DNA from: Prevotella sp.
GTDB taxonomy: Bacteria > Bacteroidota > Bacteroidia > Bacteroidales > Dysgonomonadaceae
Reading direction: 5' to 3'
NCBI GenBank assembly: GCA_031285625.1
Contig: JAITVV010000053.1
Location: 35,180-99,179, forward strand
DNA: 64,000 nt
How positions within the stretch are numbered: position 1 is the first letter of the stretch; each line of letters begins with the position of its first letter. Both the position numbers and the translations under genes were made by a program. The notes under the pieces are model-generated. The model was not told the origin of the DNA. It worked only from the letters and a program-made list of their open reading frames with translations, and did no database searches. This document shows, one piece after another, positions 10,143 to 18,699 of this stretch.

Positions 10143-10171
10143 GATTAAAATTATTAAGGTTATTTTTTAGG

Positions 10172-10262
10172 TCTTTGTCATTTTGAACGGAGTGAAAAAT
10201 CTCTTTCCTCTTTGAATATAACTGTTGAGGGTCGAGATGCTTCGTTGCCTCAGCATGACAAA
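10172..10262. repeat. REP-like doublet 4, inside the predicted 5'UTR of the GH3 gene
   Basis: tctttgtcATTTTgaacggagtgaAAAATctc ... gagATGCTtcgttgcctcAGCATgacaaa. Confidence 0.9.
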
Positions 10263-10293
10263 AAAGTATGATACAATTAGTAATTTTTTAATT

Positions 10294-10363
10294 CAAATTT
10301 ATTTTTTCAGCATTAATAAACTCATTAAAAAACACATTAAGACCTCCTTAAAATCCTTATTAA
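10294..10363 (-). promoter_or_regulatory. PUL promoter: -7 box TAAATTTG plus phased TTAA array
   Basis: caaattta at 10294-10301; TTAA at 10313, 10325, 10337, 10348 and 10360. Confidence 0.7.
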
Positions 10364-10365
10364 TA

Positions 10366-12729
10366 CTACATTTTTACATTAATCTCCTGTCCCTGATATA
10401 CAATTTGCTTGTCAGCCTGCGAAATGGTGTTTATATTCTTGCCATCTTTAATAATTGTGACATTGAAAGTGCGGTTTTTCAACATGCCCGGAAATTCTCC
10501 CTGACGCGTTCCGATAGTTAGTGTTCCGGTTTTGTCGTCCCATTTCATTTTTATGGTCGAAAAGATGCCTTTTTCGTAATTGTAGTTATCGTTTTCATCT
10601 TCATATAGTACAAACTCGGCATCAGCGCCGGGGAAAATGAAAAGGTTGAGGTTATCCCATCTCTTTTCCTCGGCATACTGTACTTTCGGACCCCACGGTA
10701 GGATACTTCCTGCTTTGATATATAGTGGAATAATATCAATAGGTGTTGCCTTACTGATTTCTTTTCCACCTTCTGTTTTCTCTCCTGTCCAGAAGTCGTA
10801 CCAGTCGGCACCTTTCGGTAAGTATACTTTATGTGATTTTAGAGTGCTGAAATCTTCAACAGCACTGCCGTTTACACGGTTCACATACATAGAGTCGGTT
10901 ACAGGGGCAACAAGAATAGATTTTCCGAACATAAACTGATTGTTTATATCATGCACTTTGGCATCGCTGGCGAAGTCCATACTTAAAGCGCGCATCATAG
11001 AGCCTGCATTGGCTGTAATGTCGTGACCGATAGAGTACATATACGGCAACAGGCTGTAACGCAGATTGATATATTTCTCTTGTGTATCGTAAGCCCAGTC
11101 ACCTTTTTGCCCGAACTGGAAAATCTCACGTGGGGTACTTGTCCCATGCGAACGCATCATCGGGGTGAATGTAGCGAACTGCATCCAGCGTACATACAAT
11201 TCATGGTAGGCTTTGTCCCTGATGCCTTCAGGATATACATGGTGTGCAAAGAACCCGCCTATATCTGTGTTCCAGTAAGGAATTCCGCAAAGTGAGAAAT
11301 TAAGACCGGCAGAAATCTGGTCACGAAGCACATCCCAGCGTGAAACGATATCACCCGACCATGAGTTTGCCCCATAGCGTTGTTGCCCGGCAAAGGCAGA
11401 ACGGGTAAGGATATACACGCGCTTATCGGAAGTAACCTGGCGTTGATAATCGTACACACTACCTACTGATACAAGAGGGAAAGCATTATATACACTACGA
11501 AGCGGTCCCAGATAAGTTTGTTGATTCAGCTCTTTTTTTCCTCCCGAGTATTCAGGTTCGGTAGCGTCCAGCCACCAGCCATCCATACCTATTGAGAAGA
11601 TATTCTTATTCATATAATCCCAGTAGATTTTGCGTGCTTCCGGATTGAAGGCATCATATACTTTCACACCGTTATTATGCGGAAATGTCTCGAAATCGAG
11701 CAACAGGTTTTTCTTTTTCAGGTCTTTATGAATATTTGTGTTTGGTCCGAAAGACGGCCATACAGATATAGCTATATGTGCATTCATCTTATGCACTTCG
11801 TCTATCATCTTTTTCGGGTTGGGGAATGTAGGATTACCAAATTCCACGGCGTTCCAATGCGTATTGTCGGTACTCCAGTATTGCCAGTCCTGCACAATAC
11901 CATCGAGCGGAATATTTAGTTCGCGGTATTTTTTTACAACATCCAACAGTTCGTCCTGTGATGTATACCGTTCGCGGCTTTGCCAGAATCCGTATGTCCA
12001 TAGCGGATACATAGGAGCCTGTCCTGTAAGTTCACGAATACGGGCGATTGTTCCATCAGCATCTTTTCCGTACATGAAGTAATAGTCGATGCAATTGCCG
12101 GCCGTAGAAGTAAATGACAAACCATCATATGAATCTTTGTAAGTAGTAGGGGAGTAGTTGTCCCAGAAAACAGCATAGCCTTTAACCGAATGGATAATCG
12201 GTATGGCTATTTCCATATTCACCTGACGGAGATGAACCTCCTGTCCGCGCTGGTTCATCTTTCCTTGTTGGTGTTGTCCCAGTCCGTAAACAGCTTCCTG
12301 CTTATCCAAAAGGAATGTTTGCTGTACTTCATACGTTTTACCGCTTTCATAATTCTTAGGAGTAAATACGGAAGAAACACTTTTCTCAGCAATAAAAGGG
12401 CGGGTATCTGTTCCATTGAAAAGCACATCCCCGGTAGTCAGGTTCAGGGTGACAATCAGGTCAGCCGTATTCAGCGTGATTACATTGTTGAACTGTTCAA
12501 TCCTGAAATCCGTATTTTCGGGTTCTTTGATAACGGACAGGCTTTTCTTATCCGGTGCTTCTTCCTGAGGATATTTCAGTACCCTGACAATCTGCGGGCT
12601 GAAAAACTGAATTTCGATACTCGTAGATTTTACATTGGTCTTTACTCCCTGCGGCGTGCGTTGGTAATTTTGTGCAACCAACTGACCGGAAAAAATAAGA
12701 ATGAGAAATGTAATAAATGCTTTTTTCAT
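10366..12729 (-). CDS. GH31 alpha-glycosidase (alpha-xylosidase-like) with DUF5110 C-terminus
   Basis: GWWLDATEPE nucleophile, WSGD acid/base and YWNTDIGGF. Start moved to MKKAF at 12729. Confidence 0.9.
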   Translation of the reverse strand: MKKAFITFLILIFSGQLVAQNYQRTPQGVKTNVKSTSIEIQFFSPQIVRVLKYPQEEAPDKKSLSVIKEPENTDFRIEQFNNVITLNTADLIVTLNLTTGDVLFNGTDTRPFIAEKSVSSVFTPKNYESGKTYEVQQTFLLDKQEAVYGLGQHQQGKMNQRGQEVHLRQVNMEIAIPIIHSVKGYAVFWDNYSPTTYKDSYDGLSFTSTAGNCIDYYFMYGKDADGTIARIRELTGQAPMYPLWTYGFWQSRERYTSQDELLDVVKKYRELNIPLDGIVQDWQYWSTDNTHWNAVEFGNPTFPNPKKMIDEVHKMNAHIAISVWPSFGPNTNIHKDLKKKNLLLDFETFPHNNGVKVYDAFNPEARKIYWDYMNKNIFSIGMDGWWLDATEPEYSGGKKELNQQTYLGPLRSVYNAFPLVSVGSVYDYQRQVTSDKRVYILTRSAFAGQQRYGANSWSGDIVSRWDVLRDQISAGLNFSLCGIPYWNTDIGGFFAHHVYPEGIRDKAYHELYVRWMQFATFTPMMRSHGTSTPREIFQFGQKGDWAYDTQEKYINLRYSLLPYMYSIGHDITANAGSMMRALSMDFASDAKVHDINNQFMFGKSILVAPVTDSMYVNRVNGSAVEDFSTLKSHKVYLPKGADWYDFWTGEKTEGGKEISKATPIDIIPLYIKAGSILPWGPKVQYAEEKRWDNLNLFIFPGADAEFVLYEDENDNYNYEKGIFSTIKMKWDDKTGTLTIGTRQGEFPGMLKNRTFNVTIIKDGKNINTISQADKQIVYQGQEINVKM

Positions 12730-12751
12730 GATTATATTGTTTTGTACTTGT

Positions 12752-12864
12752 CTCTTTGTCATTGACTACACTTTGTTTCGTCGAACATTGTTTCTGAACG
12801 AAGTGAAAAATCTCGTATCTCTTTGAGGGTCGAGATTCTTCGTTACACTCAGAATGACAAAGAG
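12752..12864. repeat. REP-like doublet 5, carrying a 28-bp insert in one arm
   Basis: tgtcatt[gactacactttgtttcgtcgaacattgt]ttctgaacgaagtgaaaaatctc ... gagattcttcgttacactcagaatgacaaagag. Confidence 0.88.
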
Positions 12865-12872
12865 GGTATTTA

Positions 12873-15464
12873 TTAATTACCGACTTGTAACTCGTAACTG
12901 CCCACAGGGCGAAGTAACTTGTAACTACTTTTCAATCGGATATCGGCAGACGAAGAGCCAACCATAAATTCATAGTTGCCGTGAGGCACAATGAATTGTC
13001 CGCTCTCAGTGTCCCAATATCTTAACAGGTCTTTCCTTATTTCGATTTCGATATTTCTGGTCTCTCCCTTTTTGAGGGTATTACGCTGAAAGCCTTTGAG
13101 TTCTTTTATCGGTGTAAACTCTCCGGTATGAGGTAGTTTTACATATACCTGTGAAACTTCATCGCCATTCATTTTACCTGTGTTTTTCAGGTTGAACGAC
13201 ACTTTTACGGTGTTTCCGTTATCACTTATTTTCAGATTGTTATAAGCAAAAGTTGTATAGCTTAATCCATACCCGAAAGGATATAGTGGTTTACCTTTAA
13301 AGTATTGATACGTCCTGCCTTTAGAGATATCGTAATCATCAAATGCAGGCAGTTCATCAAGGCTATTGTAGTAGGTTATCGGCAGCCGTCCTCCGGGATT
13401 GTAGTCTCCAAATAATACTTCGGCTACCGCAGTTCCCCCTTGCTCGCCCGGGTACCAGGCATTCACTATGGCAGGGATATTCTCGTCCATCCAGTTGATA
13501 GCCAAAGAGCTACCTGCAACAAGTACTACAACAATATTAGGATTCACTTTGTATATTTCCTCTATAAATTCCATCTGGTCGACAGGCAGGTGAATGTCAT
13601 ACCTGTCTTGCCCTTCACGTTCTATTGTTTTATTGATACCCAGTACGGCAATCACACGTTCACATTCGCGCACAGCCTTGCCGGCTTCACCATACATATC
13701 GAGGCGTTCTTTTGTATCTATTGCCGGTACTTTCCAATATAATTTAGCAACTGCATTGTCGCGGTTATTGAAATACTCGGCTTTGATGTCATATTCTTTT
13801 CCGGCTTCGAGACGGAGGCTGACCGAGTCGGTCGAAATACTTCTTTCATGCCATTCATCAATCAGTTTTTTATCATCTATGAAAAGGCGGCATCCATCAT
13901 CCGCATTGAAATAAATCGTATAGTCTCCCGATACGGCAGGTTTTAATTTTCCTGTCCAGCGTATAGAAATAGGAAATGGAGGAATAAACGGGTCGGGCGC
14001 CTGATTTGCAGGCTCGAAGTTTATCCATTCTTCGGTGCGTGTTTTAGCGTTACCTGTAAGTTCCATATTGGTAAAGTATTCCGTTTTCAGTCCACCGGGA
14101 AAATGTGTTGCAGATATCATTTCTTTTCCGTCCATAGCTGATTTCCACGGGGCATAGACAATCTTCACCTTATCTCCTACCTTATCTTTTATCCCTTGCA
14201 AAACCGATACCGGAGCGTTGGCAGGTATGCCGCTATAATCTCCAAACTCAGAGTTGCCTGCATTGATACCGACAACAGCTATGGATTTTACTTTTTTAGG
14301 ATTGATAGGCAGGGCATTGTTCTTATTCTTCAACAAGACAATACTCTGGCGGGCAGACTCCAAAGCCAGTTGCTTGTGTGCTTCGGAACCGACCACAGAA
14401 GGAGAGATTTTGTTATAAGGATTTAGGGTTGGGTCGTCAAATAAACCTAAATGCATACGGGCTCTCAATACCCTGTATGCAGCCGTGTCTATATCGGCTT
14501 GCGATACCATATATTGGTTATAAGCGTTCAGCAGCGGTTGCATATATACATCATCGCCACATTCGAGGTCGAGCCCTGCCTTGATAGAAAGCGTGGCGGC
14601 GGCTTCTTTTGTTTTCACATATTTCATAGCCGACACCAAGAGGCTTGGTCCTCCACAGTCGGAAACCACATAGCCGTTAAAGCCCCAGTCGTGTCGCAGG
14701 ACTTTGGTCAGCAGCCACGGATTAGCCGTGCAAGGCACATCGTTGATAGCATTATATGCTGACATAATGGAAGCGGATTTTCCTTCCCTGACACACATTT
14801 CGAATGCAGGGAAATAGTATTCCCGCAGTTGCTTTTCTGAAATCTGCGGATTGCAGACAAAGCGGTTATGCTCCTCGTTATTGGCGGCGAAATGCTTCGG
14901 TGTGGAAACGATTTTCAGGTAGCGAGGGTCATTGCCTTGCAGCCCTTTTACAAAGGCTGTTCCTAATACACCCGATAGGTAAGGGTCTTCTCCGTATGTC
15001 TCGGGTGTGCGTCCCCAACGCGGGTCGCGTGCCATATTAACGGTCGGTGACCAGAAGGTAAGCAGGTCGGTAAAACGCTGTGTTTGCAGCCTACCTTGTT
15101 CCAGTTCGTTCCAACGTCCGCGCGCCTCATCCGAAATAGCTGTGGCTATCCGGTAATGCAGGTCGGGATTCCACATACTGGCAAGTCCTATAGCCTGCGG
15201 AAATACGGTAAAGCGTCCCGGGCGTACTACGCCGTGCAGGGACTCGTTGCCGTGGTAATATTTGGGTATTTGCAGGCGCTCTATACCAGGAGAGGTTGCT
15301 CTTAGTAAACTGATTTTTTCCTCTATGGTTAATTGGGACAATAAGTCCATGATACGGTCGTGCGTAGGCGCACTCTCGTCCAGATAAATGTCTTTCTTTT
15401 GAGCATTTGCTGATGATAAGACAAATAGAAAGCAAATAAGTATGATTCCCTTGTATATTTTCAT
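12873..15464 (-). CDS. GH3 beta-xylosidase/glucosidase with PA14 insert
   Basis: RDPRWGRTPETYGEDP, PKHF and GYVVSDC. Start moved to MKIYKG at 15464. Confidence 0.92.
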   Translation of the reverse strand: MKIYKGIILICFLFVLSSANAQKKDIYLDESAPTHDRIMDLLSQLTIEEKISLLRATSPGIERLQIPKYYHGNESLHGVVRPGRFTVFPQAIGLASMWNPDLHYRIATAISDEARGRWNELEQGRLQTQRFTDLLTFWSPTVNMARDPRWGRTPETYGEDPYLSGVLGTAFVKGLQGNDPRYLKIVSTPKHFAANNEEHNRFVCNPQISEKQLREYYFPAFEMCVREGKSASIMSAYNAINDVPCTANPWLLTKVLRHDWGFNGYVVSDCGGPSLLVSAMKYVKTKEAAATLSIKAGLDLECGDDVYMQPLLNAYNQYMVSQADIDTAAYRVLRARMHLGLFDDPTLNPYNKISPSVVGSEAHKQLALESARQSIVLLKNKNNALPINPKKVKSIAVVGINAGNSEFGDYSGIPANAPVSVLQGIKDKVGDKVKIVYAPWKSAMDGKEMISATHFPGGLKTEYFTNMELTGNAKTRTEEWINFEPANQAPDPFIPPFPISIRWTGKLKPAVSGDYTIYFNADDGCRLFIDDKKLIDEWHERSISTDSVSLRLEAGKEYDIKAEYFNNRDNAVAKLYWKVPAIDTKERLDMYGEAGKAVRECERVIAVLGINKTIEREGQDRYDIHLPVDQMEFIEEIYKVNPNIVVVLVAGSSLAINWMDENIPAIVNAWYPGEQGGTAVAEVLFGDYNPGGRLPITYYNSLDELPAFDDYDISKGRTYQYFKGKPLYPFGYGLSYTTFAYNNLKISDNGNTVKVSFNLKNTGKMNGDEVSQVYVKLPHTGEFTPIKELKGFQRNTLKKGETRNIEIEIRKDLLRYWDTESGQFIVPHGNYEFMVGSSSADIRLKSSYKLLRPVGSYELQVGN
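12883..12926. repeat. Heptamer-repeat element with a central GCCCACAGGGC hairpin, copy A
   Basis: acttgta actcgta act gcccacagggc gaagta acttgta act; a near-identical copy lies at 50009-50052. Confidence 0.8.
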
Positions 15465-15479
15465 TGTTATTGTATTATT

Positions 15480-15562
15480 CTCTTTGTCATTCTGAGTGCA
15501 ACGAAGAATCTCGACCCTCAAAGAGATAAGAGATTCTTCACTTCGTTCAGAATGACAAAGAG
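15480..15562. repeat. REP-like doublet 6
   Basis: ctctttgtcATTCTgagtgcaacgaAGAATctc ... gagATTCTtcacttcgttcAGAATgacaaagag. Confidence 0.92.
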
Positions 15563-15593
15563 GGTTTTATTGTTAACTGATGATTGTTAACTG

Positions 15594-16901
15594 TCACTCT
15601 GTTCCTAAATTTCCGTTTATATAACTACTCTTTGCATTATTGTTGATGCGTACCTTTCCTTTAATAGTGTTTTCGCTGACAATGGCACGGTCTACATTGC
15701 TGCCGATGGATATTTGCGGGCTGTCGTGCATAAAGTCGCATCCACGGACAGATACAGAGCCGCTGTTGACCTGTATGGCGCTCCGGTTTTCTTTGTCCCT
15801 GTCCCACTGAACGAAGATACAGTCAGAGAAACCGACTGTGCCCTGTCCGTTGATTTTGGCTATCTGCTCGCATGGCCCCCAGAAAGCACTGTTTACAAAG
15901 CGTACATTTCCTTTATTAGCATCCGTAACCACTACCATTGTAGGGTCGTCGCCATGCATCGCAACAAATTCGCCGTTGGTAATAAGTATTCCATAAGCAG
16001 CACTCTGATCTACTTTAACAGCAGTGTGGCATGCATCGGCTCCGATGCCTAAGAAGTTCCCGTTGCAGGAGCCGGTGCTACCCTGGCTTGCTCCAAACTT
16101 ATAACCAACATTGTATCCGAAGCAGAATGTGTTGAGTACATAGTGCCAGTCGGTGCGCTCGAAGATAAATGCTTCGCCGTGTTCCCTTTGCCAGTTGTAA
16201 AGGGTAGGCTTCATGCTCCACCATGGGTTCCAGTGTACATTTTCTATTCTGCCTATATCATAAATTGCATCCACATAAATTCCCCTGCGCAATGGCTGTC
16301 CACTGATATTGCGGATGAGCGCGCGTTCGTTATGCGAGGCATCGATTGCGTTGTAAGGGTTCAGCATTTCCACATCGAGCAAAGCCGGGTTTTTTCCTTT
16401 CATAGCTACTCCCCACGGATATGCATCAGGCACTTTGTCTGGGTCTTGCAGTGGCCAGTACATCACTACTCCGCGTAGCGTACTGTTTGTATTGATTGTG
16501 ATAGCCGGAGTAGCATCAATATCTTTTCCTTTGCCTCCTGTAATTAGCAGGGTAGTGCCATCTTCGCCGGGTTTAGGGAGTCCTGCATTGCGGATTCCAT
16601 TGTGTGAAGGAACGGATTCGAAAGCCCCTTTCAGGGTAACAGCCTGGGGTATATTCAGTGAACCAGCGATGAGATATGTACCATTTGGTATATATACCGT
16701 TCCGCCCCTTTTCCCAAAAGAGTCCATTGCTTTCTGGATAGCATTGGTATCATCCGTTTTTCCATCGGCTTTTGCCCCGAAATCAAGAACCGAAACTATG
16801 TCTTTAGATTCGGGATGTGGCTTGATATCTGCATTTCTTTGTTGTGCAGTAAGGCTGGCCATTACAAGAAACAGTAATGGTAAAATGAATAATTTTTTCA
16901 T
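15594..16901 (-). CDS. Right-handed beta-helix protein (Pectate_lyase_3 / GH28-related fold), secreted
   Basis: VSVLDFGAKADGKTDDTNAIQKA...GGTVYIPNGTY; signal peptide. Confidence 0.75.
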   Translation of the reverse strand: MKKLFILPLLFLVMASLTAQQRNADIKPHPESKDIVSVLDFGAKADGKTDDTNAIQKAMDSFGKRGGTVYIPNGTYLIAGSLNIPQAVTLKGAFESVPSHNGIRNAGLPKPGEDGTTLLITGGKGKDIDATPAITINTNSTLRGVVMYWPLQDPDKVPDAYPWGVAMKGKNPALLDVEMLNPYNAIDASHNERALIRNISGQPLRRGIYVDAIYDIGRIENVHWNPWWSMKPTLYNWQREHGEAFIFERTDWHYVLNTFCFGYNVGYKFGASQGSTGSCNGNFLGIGADACHTAVKVDQSAAYGILITNGEFVAMHGDDPTMVVVTDANKGNVRFVNSAFWGPCEQIAKINGQGTVGFSDCIFVQWDRDKENRSAIQVNSGSVSVRGCDFMHDSPQISIGSNVDRAIVSENTIKGKVRINNNAKSSYINGNLGTE

Positions 16902-16912
16902 GATAATATATA

Positions 16913-16990
16913 TTAGCGAATTAGCGAATTAGCAGATTAGCAGATTCATTCTTACATTTCCGAATCTGCTAATTTTCGAATTTGCTAATT
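16913..16990. repeat. 8-mer tandem repeats in inverted arrangement (attagcga/attagcag)
   Basis: attagcga x2 and attagcag x2, followed by aatctgctaatt...atttgctaatt. The GH43 stop codon lies inside it. Confidence 0.65.
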
Positions 16991-18697
16991 ACCAGTTATT
17001 CCATTTTCATTGAAAGCATCTATCGAAAAATAGTAATTTGAATCCCTGTTGAAGAATCGTCCTTCGAATGAGTTATCATAAACCATAATAGCGTTTTTCA
17101 GCTGGCCGGGTTTTACTCCCCAGCGAAGGATATATCCGTTGGCATTCTCTATTTTATTCCATGTGATTCTGAAAATACGGCTGTCATCCTTATCTCTTTC
17201 AATCTGTAGCTCTGGTGTTCTTTTTGGCACTTTTCCTTGTCCGTGACCAAATACACGAAGGTCGTACAGCGAAAACTTGCCTTCCATATCTTTTGTGTTC
17301 AGGATACGGATGTACCTTGCTTTAACAGGTTTGTCCAAAACGGCCAACTCATGGGGCATATCTTTGGCGTTTGAAGTTTTGTCTATAATTGTTTTCCAAT
17401 TACTACCATCATCAGAGCATTCGATATAATATTGGTAGATTGGAGGTGTATCAGTTCGTTTAGTTGTAAAATCGTGGTCTGCAAAATTAATTTGTATGGC
17501 ATTTACTTTCATTTTTTTACCTAGGTCTATCTGGTACCATTCGCCTTTGTTTCCGGAAATGGCTGCCCACCATGTTTCCACCTTCTCATCAGTAGCCTTT
17601 TCGGGCTCATATCCGGTAAGAAAAGATGAGGCGGTTGCTTTCTTACTATATGAAAGCATATTCCACGACATAGAGCAATCATTATTCTCCAAGTCTGTTT
17701 TCCTGTCGGGAATGCTGAATGGATAGTCTGTGAGCACGGTGTGAGCATGCAGGTTGTCCCCGGCTGTCATATAGGTGGGAAACAGTCCTATCCTCCGCTC
17801 AAACATATGGCGTACAGATATTGTCATTGTAGCCACATGCCAGTAGTTGCCATATTTGTCTTTGAATGTATGTCCATGTCCTGAGCCTCCTATAAAACCT
17901 CCCGGTTTGAAAGAGAACGGACTGCTTTCGACATAGGTGTATGGCCCCAGAGGTTTATCGGAGATATATAAACCATCGCCATAGTTGCGGTATTCTGTTC
18001 CGGGAGCGGCATATTGCAGGTAATACATTCCCTTGTGCTTCACAATACAAGGACCTTCATTATAACCTGCTTTTCCGGACTGATTATCTTTCCCCTGAAC
18101 TTCCCATCCATACTTGTCTGGATTGTGTTCGATCAATACTTTGGCTTCTCCTATTACTTTAAATTTGTCTTTAGGATCTACTTCCACACCGATGATAGGG
18201 TCTTTGTCCGAACAGCCCCAATACAGATATACCCGTCCATCATCGTCAAGAAAGAAAGCGGGGTCTACAGATCCTGCTATCTGAAATTCAAACTTGGAGC
18301 CTATGTCTTCCCAGGCATCAATGTCCGGATTTGTATTTCTGAAAATTTTGGGTTCACTCGAACTCATAAAATACATAGTATCATCCATAATTAACACCGT
18401 TGGTGCATAATGCTCTATGGTACTGATTGTCTTAATAGGGACGAAAGTCCATTCGACTAAATCGGGGGAGCTCCAATAGCCCCCTGATTTAGATGCGAAT
18501 AAGTAATACTTACCCTTAAAATATTCAATAACCGGATCGGCAGCCTCTCTTCTGCTCTCTCCATCCAACTGAAAGCGGTAATTCAGATTCAGGGGATTGG
18601 CTATTATGCGCTTATCTCCGGTCTGACTATTTAGGTAAAGGTTACTCAAGAAAAATAAACCTAAAAGAATTATTTTAAATATGGATGTTTTTTGCAT
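16985..18697 (-). CDS. GH43 with CBM32 (F5/8 type C) and Fn3-like C-terminus
   Basis: EAADP, YAP, VDPAFF and NEGP motifs; discoidin-like WYQIDLG...ARYIRI. Confidence 0.85.
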   Translation of the reverse strand: MQKTSIFKIILLGLFFLSNLYLNSQTGDKRIIANPLNLNYRFQLDGESRREAADPVIEYFKGKYYLFASKSGGYWSSPDLVEWTFVPIKTISTIEHYAPTVLIMDDTMYFMSSSEPKIFRNTNPDIDAWEDIGSKFEFQIAGSVDPAFFLDDDGRVYLYWGCSDKDPIIGVEVDPKDKFKVIGEAKVLIEHNPDKYGWEVQGKDNQSGKAGYNEGPCIVKHKGMYYLQYAAPGTEYRNYGDGLYISDKPLGPYTYVESSPFSFKPGGFIGGSGHGHTFKDKYGNYWHVATMTISVRHMFERRIGLFPTYMTAGDNLHAHTVLTDYPFSIPDRKTDLENNDCSMSWNMLSYSKKATASSFLTGYEPEKATDEKVETWWAAISGNKGEWYQIDLGKKMKVNAIQINFADHDFTTKRTDTPPIYQYYIECSDDGSNWKTIIDKTSNAKDMPHELAVLDKPVKARYIRILNTKDMEGKFSLYDLRVFGHGQGKVPKRTPELQIERDKDDSRIFRITWNKIENANGYILRWGVKPGQLKNAIMVYDNSFEGRFFNRDSNYYFSIDAFNENGITGN

Positions 18698-18699
18698 GA

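Noticed and set aside
10225-10521. 98-aa ORF starting MRVEMLR, and the similar ORF at 49769-49978
   Set aside because: They are translations of REP plus promoter DNA and overlap real genes on the opposite strand.
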